DNA from: an uncultured Spirochaetota bacterium | GTDB lineage: Bacteria; Spirochaetota; Brevinematia; Brevinematales; JAOACQ01 | Reading direction: 5' to 3' | NCBI GenBank assembly: GCA_963835575.1 | Contig: CAWIGG010000006.1 | Location: 352,001-416,000, forward strand | Length of the DNA stretch: 64,000 nucleotides | Shown: positions 30,824-42,967 of the stretch, in pieces | Layout: each line of letters begins with the position of its first letter | Numbering within the stretch: the stretch's first letter is position 1 | Made by a program: the position numbers and the translations under genes | Notes under the pieces: generated by a model | Seen by the model: the letters and a program-made list of their open reading frames with translations, nothing else | Databases searched by the model: none | What the model was told of the DNA's origin: nothing

Positions 30824-32740
30824 ATGATTTATATTCTTATGGGTGTTTCCGGGTGCGGGAAAACAACCGTCGGTAAAATTTTCGCGGAAGCGCTGGGTCT
30901 GCCTTTTTATGACGGCGATGATTTTCATTCCGGACCCAATATTGCTAAAATGCGCCGGGGCATTCCTCTTGACGATAACGACCGCTTAGAGTGGCTTCAA
31001 TTGCTGGCTGGTAAAATAATCGAATGGGACCGGCCGGCAGGGGCGGTGCTGGCATGTTCCGCTTTAAAGAAGAGCTACCGGTCGATACTTTCTTCCGGCG
31101 GCAGGGTCCCGGTAACTTTCATACTCCTGGATGGAAGCTATGAACTGGTATCAAAGTATTTAAAGAGGCGCAAAGGGCACTTTTTCCCCGTAAAGCTTTT
31201 AAAAAGCCAGTTTGAAATACTGGAAAGGCCGGAAGACGGAATTACGGTCAATATCGATCAGACGCCCCGGGCCGTATGCGGAGAAATACTGGAAGGCTTA
31301 AAGCGGACGAAAGAGGGTAAAGAAGTGAAAAAGAGCGACATAGGTATTTACGGATTGGGAGTTATGGGACAAAACCTGGCCCTTAATTTTTCCGGCCATG
31401 GTTATGCAGTTTCAGTATACAACAGGCCTCTGAGAGAAGAAAAAAAAGCCGTATCGGAATTTATCGCGGATAGATGCCCGGGAAAAGACATTATCTGTTT
31501 CAACGGGATCGGTGAATTCACCGCTTCCCTCTCAAAGCCCAGAAAAATATTAATTATGATAAAAGCGGGCAAGGCAGTTGATAAAGTCATCAAAGAGCTT
31601 CTGCCCTTCCTTTCCGAAGACGATATTATCATTGACGGCGGGAACTCGCATTACGCGGACACAGAAAGAAGGCTCTTAAAACTCGGATCATCCGGGATCG
31701 GTTATATCGGCTGCGGTATTTCAGGCGGCAGCGAGGGAGCCCTGAATGGGCCTTCTATCATGCCGGGGGGATCGCGCAAAGCATGGTTAATGATCGAGAG
31801 CATGTTTAAATCAGTCGCCGCCAGATATGACGGATCTCCATGCTGCGAATGGATCGGCGAAGGCGGAGCGGGCCATTTTGTTAAAATGGTCCACAACGGC
31901 ATCGAGTATTCCATCATGCAGCTGATCGCGGAAGTCTTTGACATCATGACAAGAATGCTGAAAATGAAATTGCCGGACATCTATAAAGTTTTTTCATCCT
32001 GGAACAGCGGTGTTCTGCAGAGTTACCTGCTGAAAATCACCTGTGAACTGCTGAAAGCCGTTGATGATAAGGGCATTCCTGTCCTGGATAATATACTGGA
32101 TTATTCCACCCAGAAGGGAACAGGGCAGGACATTTTGATAAGCGCGTTGGAACTCGGGATACCGTTTACTCTGACAGGGGAAGCGGTACAATCCAGATAC
32201 CTTTCCGGTATGATTGAAGAAAGAAAAAAAACAGCCCTGCTGTTTGACAGTTCCCGCCCTTTTACAGGAAACCGCGGCGCGTTTCTGGCCGGTTTGCAGG
32301 ACGCTTATTATTGTACGCAGTTAACCGCCTATGAACAGGGTTTCAGGCTTATCGAGGCCGCGTCACAAAAATACAACTGGAAAATTCAGCTCGAGAATGT
32401 CATGAAAATATGGCGGGGCGGCTGCATTATCCAGTCCCGGATGCTGAATAAAATAGCCTCGCAGGACGTAAAGAATAATGAACTGAAAATCTTTGAAAAA
32501 TTCGCGCGGCATCTCAAGGAAAAAAACACAGGCTGGAGGGAGGCCGTCGCCGGAGCCGTGCGGCATGGAATACCCGTGCCTGTAATGTCCTCCTCAATAT
32601 CCTATTTTGACGGCCTGCGTTCCGCGATACTGCCGGCAAATTTGACCCAGGCGCAGAGGGATTACTTCGGCTCGCATGGTTTTGCCCGGATTGACGCTCC
32701 GGCGGACAAAGTCTTCCATTTAAAGTTAAGAAAATTATGA
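30824..32740 (+). CDS. gnd: Gluconokinase fused to 6-phosphogluconate dehydrogenase (decarboxylating)
   Basis: MGVSGCGKT, DGDDFH, LACSALK (GntK); GLGVMG, IDGGN, GHFVKMVHNGIEY, QAQRDYFGSH (Gnd). Confidence 0.93.
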   Translation: MIYILMGVSGCGKTTVGKIFAEALGLPFYDGDDFHSGPNIAKMRRGIPLDDNDRLEWLQLLAGKIIEWDRPAGAVLACSALKKSYRSILSSGGRVPVTFILLDGSYELVSKYLKRRKGHFFPVKLLKSQFEILERPEDGITVNIDQTPRAVCGEILEGLKRTKEGKEVKKSDIGIYGLGVMGQNLALNFSGHGYAVSVYNRPLREEKKAVSEFIADRCPGKDIICFNGIGEFTASLSKPRKILIMIKAGKAVDKVIKELLPFLSEDDIIIDGGNSHYADTERRLLKLGSSGIGYIGCGISGGSEGALNGPSIMPGGSRKAWLMIESMFKSVAARYDGSPCCEWIGEGGAGHFVKMVHNGIEYSIMQLIAEVFDIMTRMLKMKLPDIYKVFSSWNSGVLQSYLLKITCELLKAVDDKGIPVLDNILDYSTQKGTGQDILISALELGIPFTLTGEAVQSRYLSGMIEERKKTALLFDSSRPFTGNRGAFLAGLQDAYYCTQLTAYEQGFRLIEAASQKYNWKIQLENVMKIWRGGCIIQSRMLNKIASQDVKNNELKIFEKFARHLKEKNTGWREAVAGAVRHGIPVPVMSSSISYFDGLRSAILPANLTQAQRDYFGSHGFARIDAPADKVFHLKLRKL

Positions 32741-32780
32741 AAAATAACCGATGCTTCCCTGCCTAAGCGGGACACTTCTT

Positions 32781-32870
32781 TGGAGAGAGTGGGAAACGGA
32801 TATTAAGTAATTCCTTATATGTAAAGAATAGCAAACTTCCAGAAATATTTTACTGGCACCTGACAAAAAT
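32781..32870. repeat. Degenerate copy 1 of att-like repeat
   Basis: GGAGAGAGTGGGA..TAATTCCTTATAT..GAATAGCAAACTTCC..TTTTACTGGCACCTG, similar to 50973 and 54674. Confidence 0.7.
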
Positions 32871-32957
32871 AATTTTTATAAATTCGATTATAGCCGGGTA
32901 AATGGAAGCCTGTATCTCATAGTTATCAGAAGGCGGATATTCGGGTTATTGCCTTTG

Positions 32958-34170
32958 TTAAGGCAATATCGTCTTGTTCGTATCAGTCCAGTAACAGGCT
33001 TTATTGCTGGAATCCTGCCCGGCTGTGTAGACGGTGCCGTTATAGACAAAGATTGAGTATGCCTGTCCGCTTATGTCCAGGCTTGTCCTGGTCGTACCTG
33101 TCCAGTAGCAGGCGCCCCAACCGGCGGTATAAACAGTCCCGTTATAGACATAAATTGAATATGCCTGTCCGCTCCAAGCCTGTATGGTCTTGTTCGTGCC
33201 CGTCCAGTAACAGGTTTTATCATTATTATCACACCCGGCGGTATAGACGGTGCCGTTATACACAAAGATCGATCGTGCTTCAGGCAAGAGGGGCCCCCCC
33301 GTTGCTAAAATGGTCTTATTTCGTTCCCGTCCAGTAACAGGCTTCAAATTGGGTGTCCCAACCAATTCCAGCGGTATAGACGGTTCCGTTAGTGACAAAA
33401 ATTGAGTATGCTTCGAGAAGGGTTGCGCCGGGCAGCATGGTCTCGGTTGTACCTGTCCAGAAACAGGCGCTGTAGTAAATGGTATTGTCCTGCCCGGCAG
33501 TATAGACAGTATCATTATAGACAAAAATTGAGTTTGCCTTTCCTCCGCTCGTTAACTGTGTCTTTGCCGTACCCGTCCAGTAGCAGGCGTTAGAATTTGC
33601 GTCCAGCCCGGCAGTATAGACGGTCCCGTTAGTGACAAAAATTGAGTTTGCTGTTCCGCCGTCCGCTAATTGCGTCTTTGCAGTACCAATCCAATAGCAG
33701 GCGTTATTACTGGAGTCCCGCCCCGCGGTATAGATAGTGCCGTTATAGACATAAATTGAGTTTGCCTGGCTGGGATAAAAGCCGGAAAAATTGAAAGGCG
33801 CGTTACTGATAATCCATTGCTTGGGATTATCTATGTAGGTTATATAAATTGTTTGATCTGCCGGGACATTAAAATTATATGACCGCTGACCTGAAAATTG
33901 GAAAAAGTAAATACCGGGGTCGGTATTAAAAGCAGATGAACCGCAAGCCGAAATAGTAGAAGAAGAAATAGTTTTACCTACTGCAGGATCAGGGGAATAA
34001 AAGGAAGAATTGGAATTAGCACATAACGTAAAAGTACCGCTGCAATTAGCGGCTGCTATGATTCGACCGCTTGCGGGTCCGGATTGAGAAGAATCCGGAG
34101 AATTGGAACAAGCCGCTGTCAAAACCCCCAGAGCGATAAAAATACCGTAAAAATAGATATTTCTTTTCAT
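32958..34170 (-). pseudogene. Lipoprotein with ~40-aa tandem repeats (beta-propeller-like), split by a +1 frameshift near 33318
   Basis: Lipobox TAAC; repeated SIFVYNGTVYTAG..ACYWTGT units continue in a second frame (32958-33524). Confidence 0.8.
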
Positions 34171-36077
34171 AAAACCCGCCTTTCTTTTATAGTACGCAAT
34201 GAGCGATAACGCTCATTTAAGGAAAAGTATATTAGACTTTTTATTAATAATCAAAAAACGAAACAATCGAAAAATATAAAACACGAAAAATAATTTTATC
34301 AAGTAATATGAAAATAGTTTGTTTTTATTAGAGAATCAAAATGAGTCAAACCGGCCAAAAGGATTAGTTGCTTTTCATTGCCCGGATCGAAAATCCCTTT
34401 ATGTCACTGTTCTTTCTCCAGTTCGTAACCGCTGTAGAGGATCCTTTCTCCGTCCGCGGTATTGACAGCTTGTATTGTATCGCCCATGTTCCTTCCCAGA
34501 CCCATAACCACCGCTTCATTATCATTAATAGGCTGCAGCGGCGCTCCGTTCAGGAAGAAGAACCTGCTGTTCCGGTCATATTCCATAATAAAGCTGTCCG
34601 GAGAAAACCAGGGGTCTTTGTTCAGAACTTTATACTTCCCGGCGCGCTTCATCCAGGCCTCCGGGATTTCAACCGGCGTGACTTTTTCCGCCGAACCGTA
34701 TTCCACCCCGGAAAGAATGAAGGACAGCATCTGCCTGCCCAGGACCTTCCTGGGCTTGATCTGGATGACTTTGTACCCGGTATCTATGTCAAACAGCCCG
34801 AAGAGCTTGAACTGAAGGGAATAAAGCCCGTTTTCGTGCGCCTGAAGGTCGAGCCAGGTACCGCCCCAGCTGTACTGCAGCCCGTCGCCGTTCTTTTTCA
34901 GCTCGCTAAAGCCGGATATGCTGCTTGCGTAATAACCGGGAAGGGCCTGCAGATCAGCCGCGCTTGTTTTAACAACCGGGGAAGGCTTTTGGTTGGTGAA
35001 AAGAACGCCGTACTTCGCTTCCAATATTGACTGCAGGGACTCGCAAGCGATCTTGTTCAGGCCAAGAGAACCCATTCCCTTCATCGAATTGACCAGAATA
35101 AAAACGCCGATATTTTTTTCCGGACTGAATAACAGCGATGCATGGAAGGGAGGAAGGTCACCGTCATGGCCCGCGAAAACCCGATTGTCCATTTCCGGTA
35201 CCGGCATGAGCCAGTAAGTCAACCCAATCCGGAAACTGCCGTCCAGAACGACATTCGTATTCTGGGCGGTCAGCATTTCTTTCAGTGTGGCTGCCTTTAA
35301 AATATTGGTATTCCCCGTTTTTCCCTGGTTCAGAAGCATCTTCAGGAACGCCGACATATCGTCCGCCGTCGTATTGAGGCCTCCGGCCGGTATGTCACGG
35401 ACATAAGGGATAACTGTTTCCCCGGCGGCGGAATAGCCTTTGGAATAAAGGTCTTTCCACTCGGGCTTGATGAGAAAAGAAGAATGCCCCATTCCGAGAG
35501 GTTTGAGAATATTTTCCTGCAGATAGCTTTCGTAATCCTTTCCGCTGACCCGGCTGACAATACACCCCAAGAGGCTGAAACCCAGGTTGCAGTAGGAGAA
35601 GATCGTATTGGGAGCGGCCGCGGTATAAACATTGCTGAAAAGCCCTGGAAGCTTGGTAAATTCATTGGTATAGCCCTCGGGAGCGTTGGTCCCGAAAAAG
35701 ATGCCCTTCAAACGCTCGCTGGGGAGCCCGGAATGGTGCGTCAGCAGCTCGCGAACGGTTATCGGCCCGCTGTTTGTGAAGCGGGAGAGAACGGTGAATT
35801 CAGGCAGGTATTCCTGAATAGGCCTGTCCAGGCCGATCTTTCCCTGTTCGGCGAGCTGCATAACCGCTGTCGCGGTAAAAAGCTTGGAAACGGAGCCTTC
35901 GTTCAGGATCGTGCCCGTGGTCATCTTTATTCTTTTACCGGTATCGGCATAACCGAAACCAGCCGAATAAACGGTATCCAGCCCCTCCACCACCGTGATC
36001 GAAAGCCCGGTAATGCCGTTCTTCCGCATTTCCGATTCTATTATATTACTGATATATTCACCGGCGGGCGCCAGGTC

Positions 36078-37893
36078 GATACCGCTGAAAAATGCATTAA
36101 CATACATTGCTGTAATTATATTAATGTGTCATAATATTTAACATAATTAATTGCAGGGTAATAAAATGAGTTTAAAAAGACATAGCCAGGATGAACTATA
36201 TTCGGTAACTAATTTGATGTCGGATTTACTTGAAGAAACAAACCCATTAAAGATATTTTCCAGGGAAATATATCCCATATTTCATGATGGGGATTTTAAA
36301 CATTTATACTCCAGGAAAGGACGCAATGGAATATCACCGGCATTTCTATCAATGGTTACCATTCTGCAATATTTTGATTCTCTGTCAGACTCAGAAGCAG
36401 CGGAAGCTGTGTATTTGCGGCTGGATTGGAAATACGCATTACATTTGCCGATCGAGAAAGTTTTCATTTTTGACTCTAGCACACTCTGTAATTTCAGAAA
36501 GCGTTTTCGGAATAATGGAGAAGAAAATAACGCCTTTAAGAAAATGGTGGAGTTTTGCCGGGAAAAAGGTTTGATTAAAAGTAATTCACACCAGCGTATT
36601 GACGCGACTCATATTGTAAAACATTTAAACCGGATATCAACGACAGAACTACTCTTCAGAACTGTGCGAGTATTACTGGAAGTATTAGAAAGAAATAATC
36701 CCGTGTGGTATGAAGAAAATATTCCAGCGGATTTGATTGAACGCTACTCAAAGAAATTCAGTTCATTCGGGATGTCAAAGGGGAAGAGATCGGACAAGCA
36801 GGCGGAGATTGTGGAAGATGGCTATCGAATAACGCGGATGATTGAGGGTTCTAAGATAGAAAATGAAGAAGTCTTGAAACAGCTAAAAATAATGAAAACC
36901 GTATTTCAGGAAAATGTGATCATTCGAGAAAAAGAAGTAGGTGAAAAAGTGTTTATAGAAGTGGATGAAATAGAAAAGCCGATGCAGAGCGTAATTGACC
37001 CGCGGGATACAACCATTCAATTAGGAAAGAAAGGAAAAACAAGCTGGTCAGGCGAGAAATGCCATATCGTTGAAACAGCAAACAAAGGCGAGGTGAATTT
37101 CATAGTTGATATGATACCACAATCAAACAAGGAAAATGACAATAAAATATTACCGGAATTGGATAGAAGGAATGAAAATTCAAAATTAAATCCGAAGAAA
37201 ATCTTTGCGGATAGCAATTATATCAGCAGCAGCGCGATTAAAGAATATGAAGATAAAGACCAGGTACTGATGGGATATATACAAAAAACTTCAAACGAAG
37301 TTCCGGCAGAATTCAGATTGGATAAATTTTCAATAGATATTCAAAACCGGAAAGCTGTCTGTCCGGCAGGAAAGACGAATGATTCCTGGAATTTTAGTGA
37401 GAAAAGTAATTCGTATCAAGTGTCCTTTCACATGAAACATGCGGAAATTGTATAAATTATGGGTTATGTGTCAGAAGAACAAGTAAAAAGTGCGGGGGGC
37501 GAAAATTATGTATCACAAAAGAATACACAACTTTGTGCAAGCGGAGAGAAGAACAAAAGACCGATAAATTTAAAGAAGAAATGAAAGTTCGGGCACAAGT
37601 TGAATCGACGATAAGCGCACTGGTTCGATTTCATGGTTTAAGAATGATGAAATATAAAGGAGAATCAGGCCGTTCTCAGCAATATTACATGGCAGCCTGT
37701 GCTTTAAATTTAAAGAGATTTGTCAAAAAGTTAGTTTTAGAGATGAATTAAGGGAATTATGAAGTAGAATCATCTACTTTTATTTGGATTTGGCGTCATT
37801 TTTGTTTTTGTGTCTTCAAGTGTTCAATTTTTTAAATCTTGAAGTTATCTAAGGAAATCGGTTTTTGTAAAGGTGCTATTTTTCAGCGGTATC
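36078..37893 (+). mobile_element. IS1182-family insertion sequence
   Basis: Perfect 16-bp IR GATACCGCTGAAAAAT; 5-bp TSD AGGTC (36073-77 and 37894-98). Confidence 0.9.
36166..37751 (+). pseudogene. IS1182-family transposase, frameshifted near 37430
   Basis: LSDSEA..DWKYAL, IDATH, FADSNY, VCPAG; C-terminus RAQVESTIS..HGLR in another frame. Confidence 0.85.
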
Positions 37894-38194
37894 AGGTCGC
37901 CCTTTTTCGCCGTAAAGTCCGGCTTTTGAATTTGTTTTGAGCCGCAAGCGGCGAGGAAAAGAATGAAACTGAGAATAAAGAGAATATTTATTTTATTCTG
38001 CATCAAATCAATCCTCCCTGCATTCCTGAATTCATTTCCTTATCAGTATAAAGGGCCATCTCGCGAAACGAAAATATTTGCATGTTAAAACATGAAATCG
38101 ACACTACCAATAGGTGTTCCGGGTTGTCCGCTCCTGAATACCGGCTTGCGAGCATGACTGGAAGCGGTAGAATAATACCGGCAGAATTGCACAA

Positions 38195-40501
38195 TTATAC
38201 TTTTCTTATAATCATATAGAGAACCGCGGTTAAAGAGTAAACGATTGCCGATAAAATCAGCAGGGACGAAAATCCGTAAATCATTGAAATAATAATGGAA
38301 GAAACAACGGCAAGGGTCGAAAAGCTGCCATCCACCGCGAACATGATGCCGGCAGACCTGTCGCTGAAGACCTCCTTGGCCTTTGCGATAATTCCCGGGA
38401 ATGGGATCCCGAGGAGGAAAAATATAGGAAACAAAAAAATACCGGACAAAAGCAGCCTCAGCGCCAGCGGGAGGTTCAGCAGATTATACGCGAAGCCGTT
38501 TATGAGGAAATAATAGGCGACAAGAGCAAAAGGGATCAGTCCCACAAGGATCATTGAAATCTTTTTGTTTAACTTCGCGCTGAAATATCCGCCTATGCCG
38601 GCCGAAAGAAGGATCGCTCCGACATTAAAAGTCAGCGAGTAAATAGGGCTTCCGAGCACAAGATTGAATTTCTGGATAAGATATGTTTCGAACATCATAA
38701 AAGAGAGGCCGGTGCACGCGAAAAATAAGACAAAGAGCGGCGTTTTTATTCTCCGGAGGTTTCTGTCAATAAAAATGATAAGCACGACCGGAAGGCAGAT
38801 GAGAAGAAGCATCAGCATAATAAAATCCTTTGCCACATTTCCCGCGAAGGTATGTTTTTTGTCGAATTCATTGAAGTAAGGCCTGTCGTCATAGGTGGGA
38901 TGAATATCATTTTTAAACGCATTGATGACATCATTCCTGTTTTTTGAATCGATCAGATACGAAAATGACTTGTTTTCAATGGATTCATTTTCAGGATAAA
39001 GCTCTGTATGCGTATTCCCGATGCACTCTTTTATTGCCGCGATCTCAGCGTCTGTGAACGGCGACTTCTTCATAAGGAGAAAGCCTCTTACCGCTCCGGG
39101 AAATACCAGGGATTTTTTCGGGTTCTCGGCCGCGATAAAAAGATGCTTCCCCGGCTCTTTAAATCCGGATTTTTCAAGGGCTTCCAGTGCGGTCGCCGTA
39201 AGCCTGAGGAGCTCGGGCTTCCTTCCCTTGCCGACCGACACCCATTTGTTGATATAAACAAGGCCGTTATCGGTCAGCGCGTTGAGATAATCGCGGAGCG
39301 CCTCCACCGTATAGAGATAATATTCCATGAAGACCTGTGAATTCGGGAACGCGATATTAAGATCGGTGAAATTCATAAGGATAACGTCATAGGCGTTCCT
39401 GTAATTTTTAACGAAAGCCCGGCCGTCGATGACCCTGATATCCGCCTTGCCGTACACGTCCGAGCTCGTTTTGCTGAGTTCCCGCCGCATGATATCCACA
39501 ATGGCGGGATCGATCTCAACGCCGTCAGGCCGTTTGCAGTTGTTGCCGCGGGCTATGGCGATATCGGCCCCGCCGCCGGTGCCCATGATCAATGTCCTGG
39601 GTTCCTTGTATAAAACATAGGCCGGATGCCTGAAATGCGCGATGTCCGAAATCGGGACATAACTGAAGTACAAATCGTTTTGATAAAGATAAACCCTTTT
39701 ACCTGTGTACGGACTGTCCCAGAGTTTTTTTGCGCTCTCGACGGCGTCTATGCGCGAAATAAGGCTCCATTTTTTATAAAGATGGACGCTGGTTTTATCC
39801 TTGAGGATGCCATGCGCCGTGAGGAGCGGGTCCTGATCGCCTTTGGCTGAAAGCGGCATCATCCTGATGATATCGATCTTATCTGTAGAGAGATTATACG
39901 CCAAGACCGACGCGATTGCCGCAAAGACCAGTATCTGAAATCCGGCCGCGATGACGCGGAATTTCGGAAAAGAGATTTTGTTCAAGCATGCTGTTACCCC
40001 GGCTAGTGATGCGATGACCGCGCTGAGGATGATGCTGTTCTCCCCGCCGATCATGGGAAAAATGAAAAACGATACCGCCACTCCGAGGCCCGCGCCGGCC
40101 AGGTTGTAAAAATAAATCCGGTTTGAGCGGCCGATGATGAAAAAATAAGTGATGATGACGCTTGAAACAAAAAACACAAAGGCCGCTGATAAGATGATTA
40201 TGATCTGCTGGGCGTAAAAGATTAAAACATAAAAGGAAAGAAAAACGGAAAAAGGAAACAGGAGAAGGAAAACAAAATGCGCGATCCTGCTTTTGCCCAT
40301 GAGGTAGGAAAATACGGCGCCCGCCCCCATGCCGAGCATAGCCGCGGGAATAATGGTAATGGCGTTGTAATACCGGATAAAAAGCAGGATGCGGGGAAAG
40401 GTTATCTCGAAAAAAAGAGAAGCGAAAGACACAAGAAAAACGGAAACGCCGGTCAGTATGACATTAGCATTGCCGGATTGTGCCGGCGTGTTGTTTTCCA
40501 T
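38195..40501 (-). CDS. Membrane protein with spermidine-synthase-like SAM-dependent methyltransferase domain
   Basis: IYFYNLAGAG, MGTGGGAD, GVEIDP, DGRAFV, YLYTVEA, TYDDRPY; TM blocks at both ends. Confidence 0.8.
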   Translation of the reverse strand: MENNTPAQSGNANVILTGVSVFLVSFASLFFEITFPRILLFIRYYNAITIIPAAMLGMGAGAVFSYLMGKSRIAHFVFLLLFPFSVFLSFYVLIFYAQQIIIILSAAFVFFVSSVIITYFFIIGRSNRIYFYNLAGAGLGVAVSFFIFPMIGGENSIILSAVIASLAGVTACLNKISFPKFRVIAAGFQILVFAAIASVLAYNLSTDKIDIIRMMPLSAKGDQDPLLTAHGILKDKTSVHLYKKWSLISRIDAVESAKKLWDSPYTGKRVYLYQNDLYFSYVPISDIAHFRHPAYVLYKEPRTLIMGTGGGADIAIARGNNCKRPDGVEIDPAIVDIMRRELSKTSSDVYGKADIRVIDGRAFVKNYRNAYDVILMNFTDLNIAFPNSQVFMEYYLYTVEALRDYLNALTDNGLVYINKWVSVGKGRKPELLRLTATALEALEKSGFKEPGKHLFIAAENPKKSLVFPGAVRGFLLMKKSPFTDAEIAAIKECIGNTHTELYPENESIENKSFSYLIDSKNRNDVINAFKNDIHPTYDDRPYFNEFDKKHTFAGNVAKDFIMLMLLLICLPVVLIIFIDRNLRRIKTPLFVLFFACTGLSFMMFETYLIQKFNLVLGSPIYSLTFNVGAILLSAGIGGYFSAKLNKKISMILVGLIPFALVAYYFLINGFAYNLLNLPLALRLLLSGIFLFPIFFLLGIPFPGIIAKAKEVFSDRSAGIMFAVDGSFSTLAVVSSIIISMIYGFSSLLILSAIVYSLTAVLYMIIRKV

Positions 40502-40982
40502 TCAGCAAACCTCAAAGATTGAATCCTTGCTTTAGTACATGCTTTAAATATCACTATAGAAGCGACCGGTATATTTTAAGTGGAACGGCGGGTTTCGTCC
40601 AGATTTGAGTTGTTTTTCTTTCACGGAGTTGTATTAAATATACGGGCTTGATTATCGTATGGTCACACGGACAGGAAGGTCAACAGGAAAAATAATAATG
40701 AAAAAAGTGCGAATTGAGTTTTGGGGCTGATAGTTCGAGTTTTACTATATATGGGAAAAGACGCCTAGGTTTGAATATACCTTACTAAAGATCATTTCAG
40801 CTGTCCGGGGCCACTCAGATTCCCCATTAAAAAGGCAAATTAGGGCCATGAGATTCCCAGGGTCAGGGCCACCACATTCCTCACTTTTTAGCATCCAGGA
40901 CCATGTGATTCCCCGCCTATCTTTTCCTGTTCAGAAACTAAAAAATCAAACATACTCTCCGTAAAAAACCGGAGGGGAATGA

Positions 40983-42511
40983 ATGGGTTACAGATTTATG
41001 AACGATCAGGATTACTATGACATTTACAGGCGATGGAAAGTCGACCAAAGCATCAGTGAAATTTCCGAACAGGAAAGCAGGGATAGAAAGACAATCCGCC
41101 AGGCTATTCAGAAAATCATGGAGAATGGCTTTGAAAAGGATGGAGAAGCAATAAGCAGGGAAGAATTTCACCTGAAACACCCCTTTGTAGGGCCTCCAAA
41201 AAAAGCATACTTGAACGATATAAAGAGGAGCTGTACGGGCTTATAAACGATCCGAAAAATGGGATGAAACCCAAGACAGCTTTTGAAGTCGTCTGTATAA
41301 GGCATAATCTGGACATAAGCCATACAAGTTTCAAGAGATTCTCGATAAAGAGCGGCCTTACAGCAAAGGAATTAAAGGAAACCATCAGGATTGAAACGGA
41401 GCCTGGCCAGGAGATCCAACTTGATTATGGTAGGGCAGGAACACATGATCACCTGGGGCATAACAAGATTGTACAGTCTTTTATCGGAATAATGTCGAGT
41501 TCAAGGCTGACGTTTGTTCAATATGTCTTTTCACAAAATCAAGAATCATTTGTAGAAAGCAATATCGATATGCTGGAGTTTTATGGCGGTGTGCCTGTAA
41601 GAATATCCCTGGACAATCTGAAAACCGGCATCATATCACCGGACCTTTACGATCCTAAATATAATCAGGCTTATGCTGATTACACGGAGTATTACAATAC
41701 ATTTCTTGATCCATGCAGAGTAAGGAAACCAAAGGATAAAGCCAAGATAGAGAGAATGGTCCCTGTAGCCAGGGAGCTGTTCAAAAAGCTTAAAGCACTT
41801 AATCCCGGAGCTTCATTAAAGGAATTAAACATAAAAACCCTTGAATGGTGCAGGCATGAATACGGGATGAGAGACCACGGAACAACCGGCTTGAAACCAA
41901 TGGAGGTATTTGAAACGATTGAGAAGCCCCTGCTTAAGAAGCTTCCTGAAGAAAGATTTAAGACTCCCATATGGAAAAAGGCCAAGGTACACCCTGATCA
42001 GTTTGTCCAGTTCGAGAAAAAGAGGTATTCCCTGCCTCCCAGGTATCGGGGTGAGGAAGTCTTTGTCAGGAGAACCGGCAATTTAGTTAAGATTTTCTAT
42101 CAGTACAAACTCATCCGGGAATTTGTTGTGCCAAGAGGACACGCGGCATATGAGAAGACAGATTTTCCGGAGAATACAAGGGAGATGCTATCCGGAGGGT
42201 ATCCAAAGTATATTCCGGACCAATCAAGGAAATACGGAGAATCTGCGTACCAGTTGATCTTTCAAATCCTTGCTGTTCATGCTAATCTGAATTGCCGGAG
42301 GGCACTGGGATTCTTAAGTGTTATGGAAAAATTCTCGAAAGAAGGATATTTCAATAAGGTCTGTGAAAGAGCAAAATCAGCAAAGATAACCGATCCCAAA
42401 ATATTCAAATGCTGGATGGAAAATGAAGGCAAGGTTAAACAGGATAGCCTGTTTGAAATTTCAGAAGAAGGGTCTGAAATGACCAGGGACGGCAGCTATT
42501 ACTTTCAATAA
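40983..42511 (+). pseudogene. istA: IS21 transposase IstA, frameshifted near the N-terminus
   Basis: SISEIS..DRKTIR HTH; ETEPGQEIQLDYG, DNLKT, PKDKAKIE, HGTTG. Confidence 0.85.
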
Positions 42512-42967
42512 AGAAAATGAGGAGGAAATATGGAACATCAGAATCAGCTTGAGGCAAACCTGAGGAGGTTAAAACTTTCGGGGATGCTATTCAACCTTCC
42601 TATGCGTATCAGGGAAGCGCAGGAATCAAACCTGGACTATGGAGAATTCTTCTACCTGTTAGTTCAGGAGAGATAATAACATGCTCAAAAAGAGGCTGAG
42701 AGAAGCGAAGTTCGGCCAGGAAAACACTTTCGAGGGGTTTGATTTTAATTTCAATGAGAGTGCTATCCCTTCAAGACTAATCCGGGAAATCGCGTCCTGC
42801 CATGAGACAGTTTGTCGTCATCGCCGGGCCTCCCGGCATAGGTAATTATCGAAAGTTTTTGTTTATGGAAAGAAATAGACGAATATATAGATTTTAAGCC
42901 ATATTTACTTTTATTTCTTTCCATAACACCTCACAATAGATTATATAGAATAATCTTGGAGGTGCTT

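Larger units (their letters stand above)
34404..38003 (-). pseudogene. Serine hydrolase (beta-lactamase class C-like) lipoprotein interrupted by an IS
   Basis: SVSK, LLTHHSG, YCN, HDG; removing 36078-37893 plus one TSD restores the N-terminus MQNKINILFILSFILFLAAC..KKGDLAPAGEY. Confidence 0.88.

Noticed and set aside
32958..33760. Repeats as DGR template/variable regions
   Set aside because: They are in-frame coding repeats, and differences are not confined to adenines
34404..36107. Intact 567-aa gene starting MYVNAFF
   Set aside because: The first 10 codons come from the IS end; the native start is at 38003
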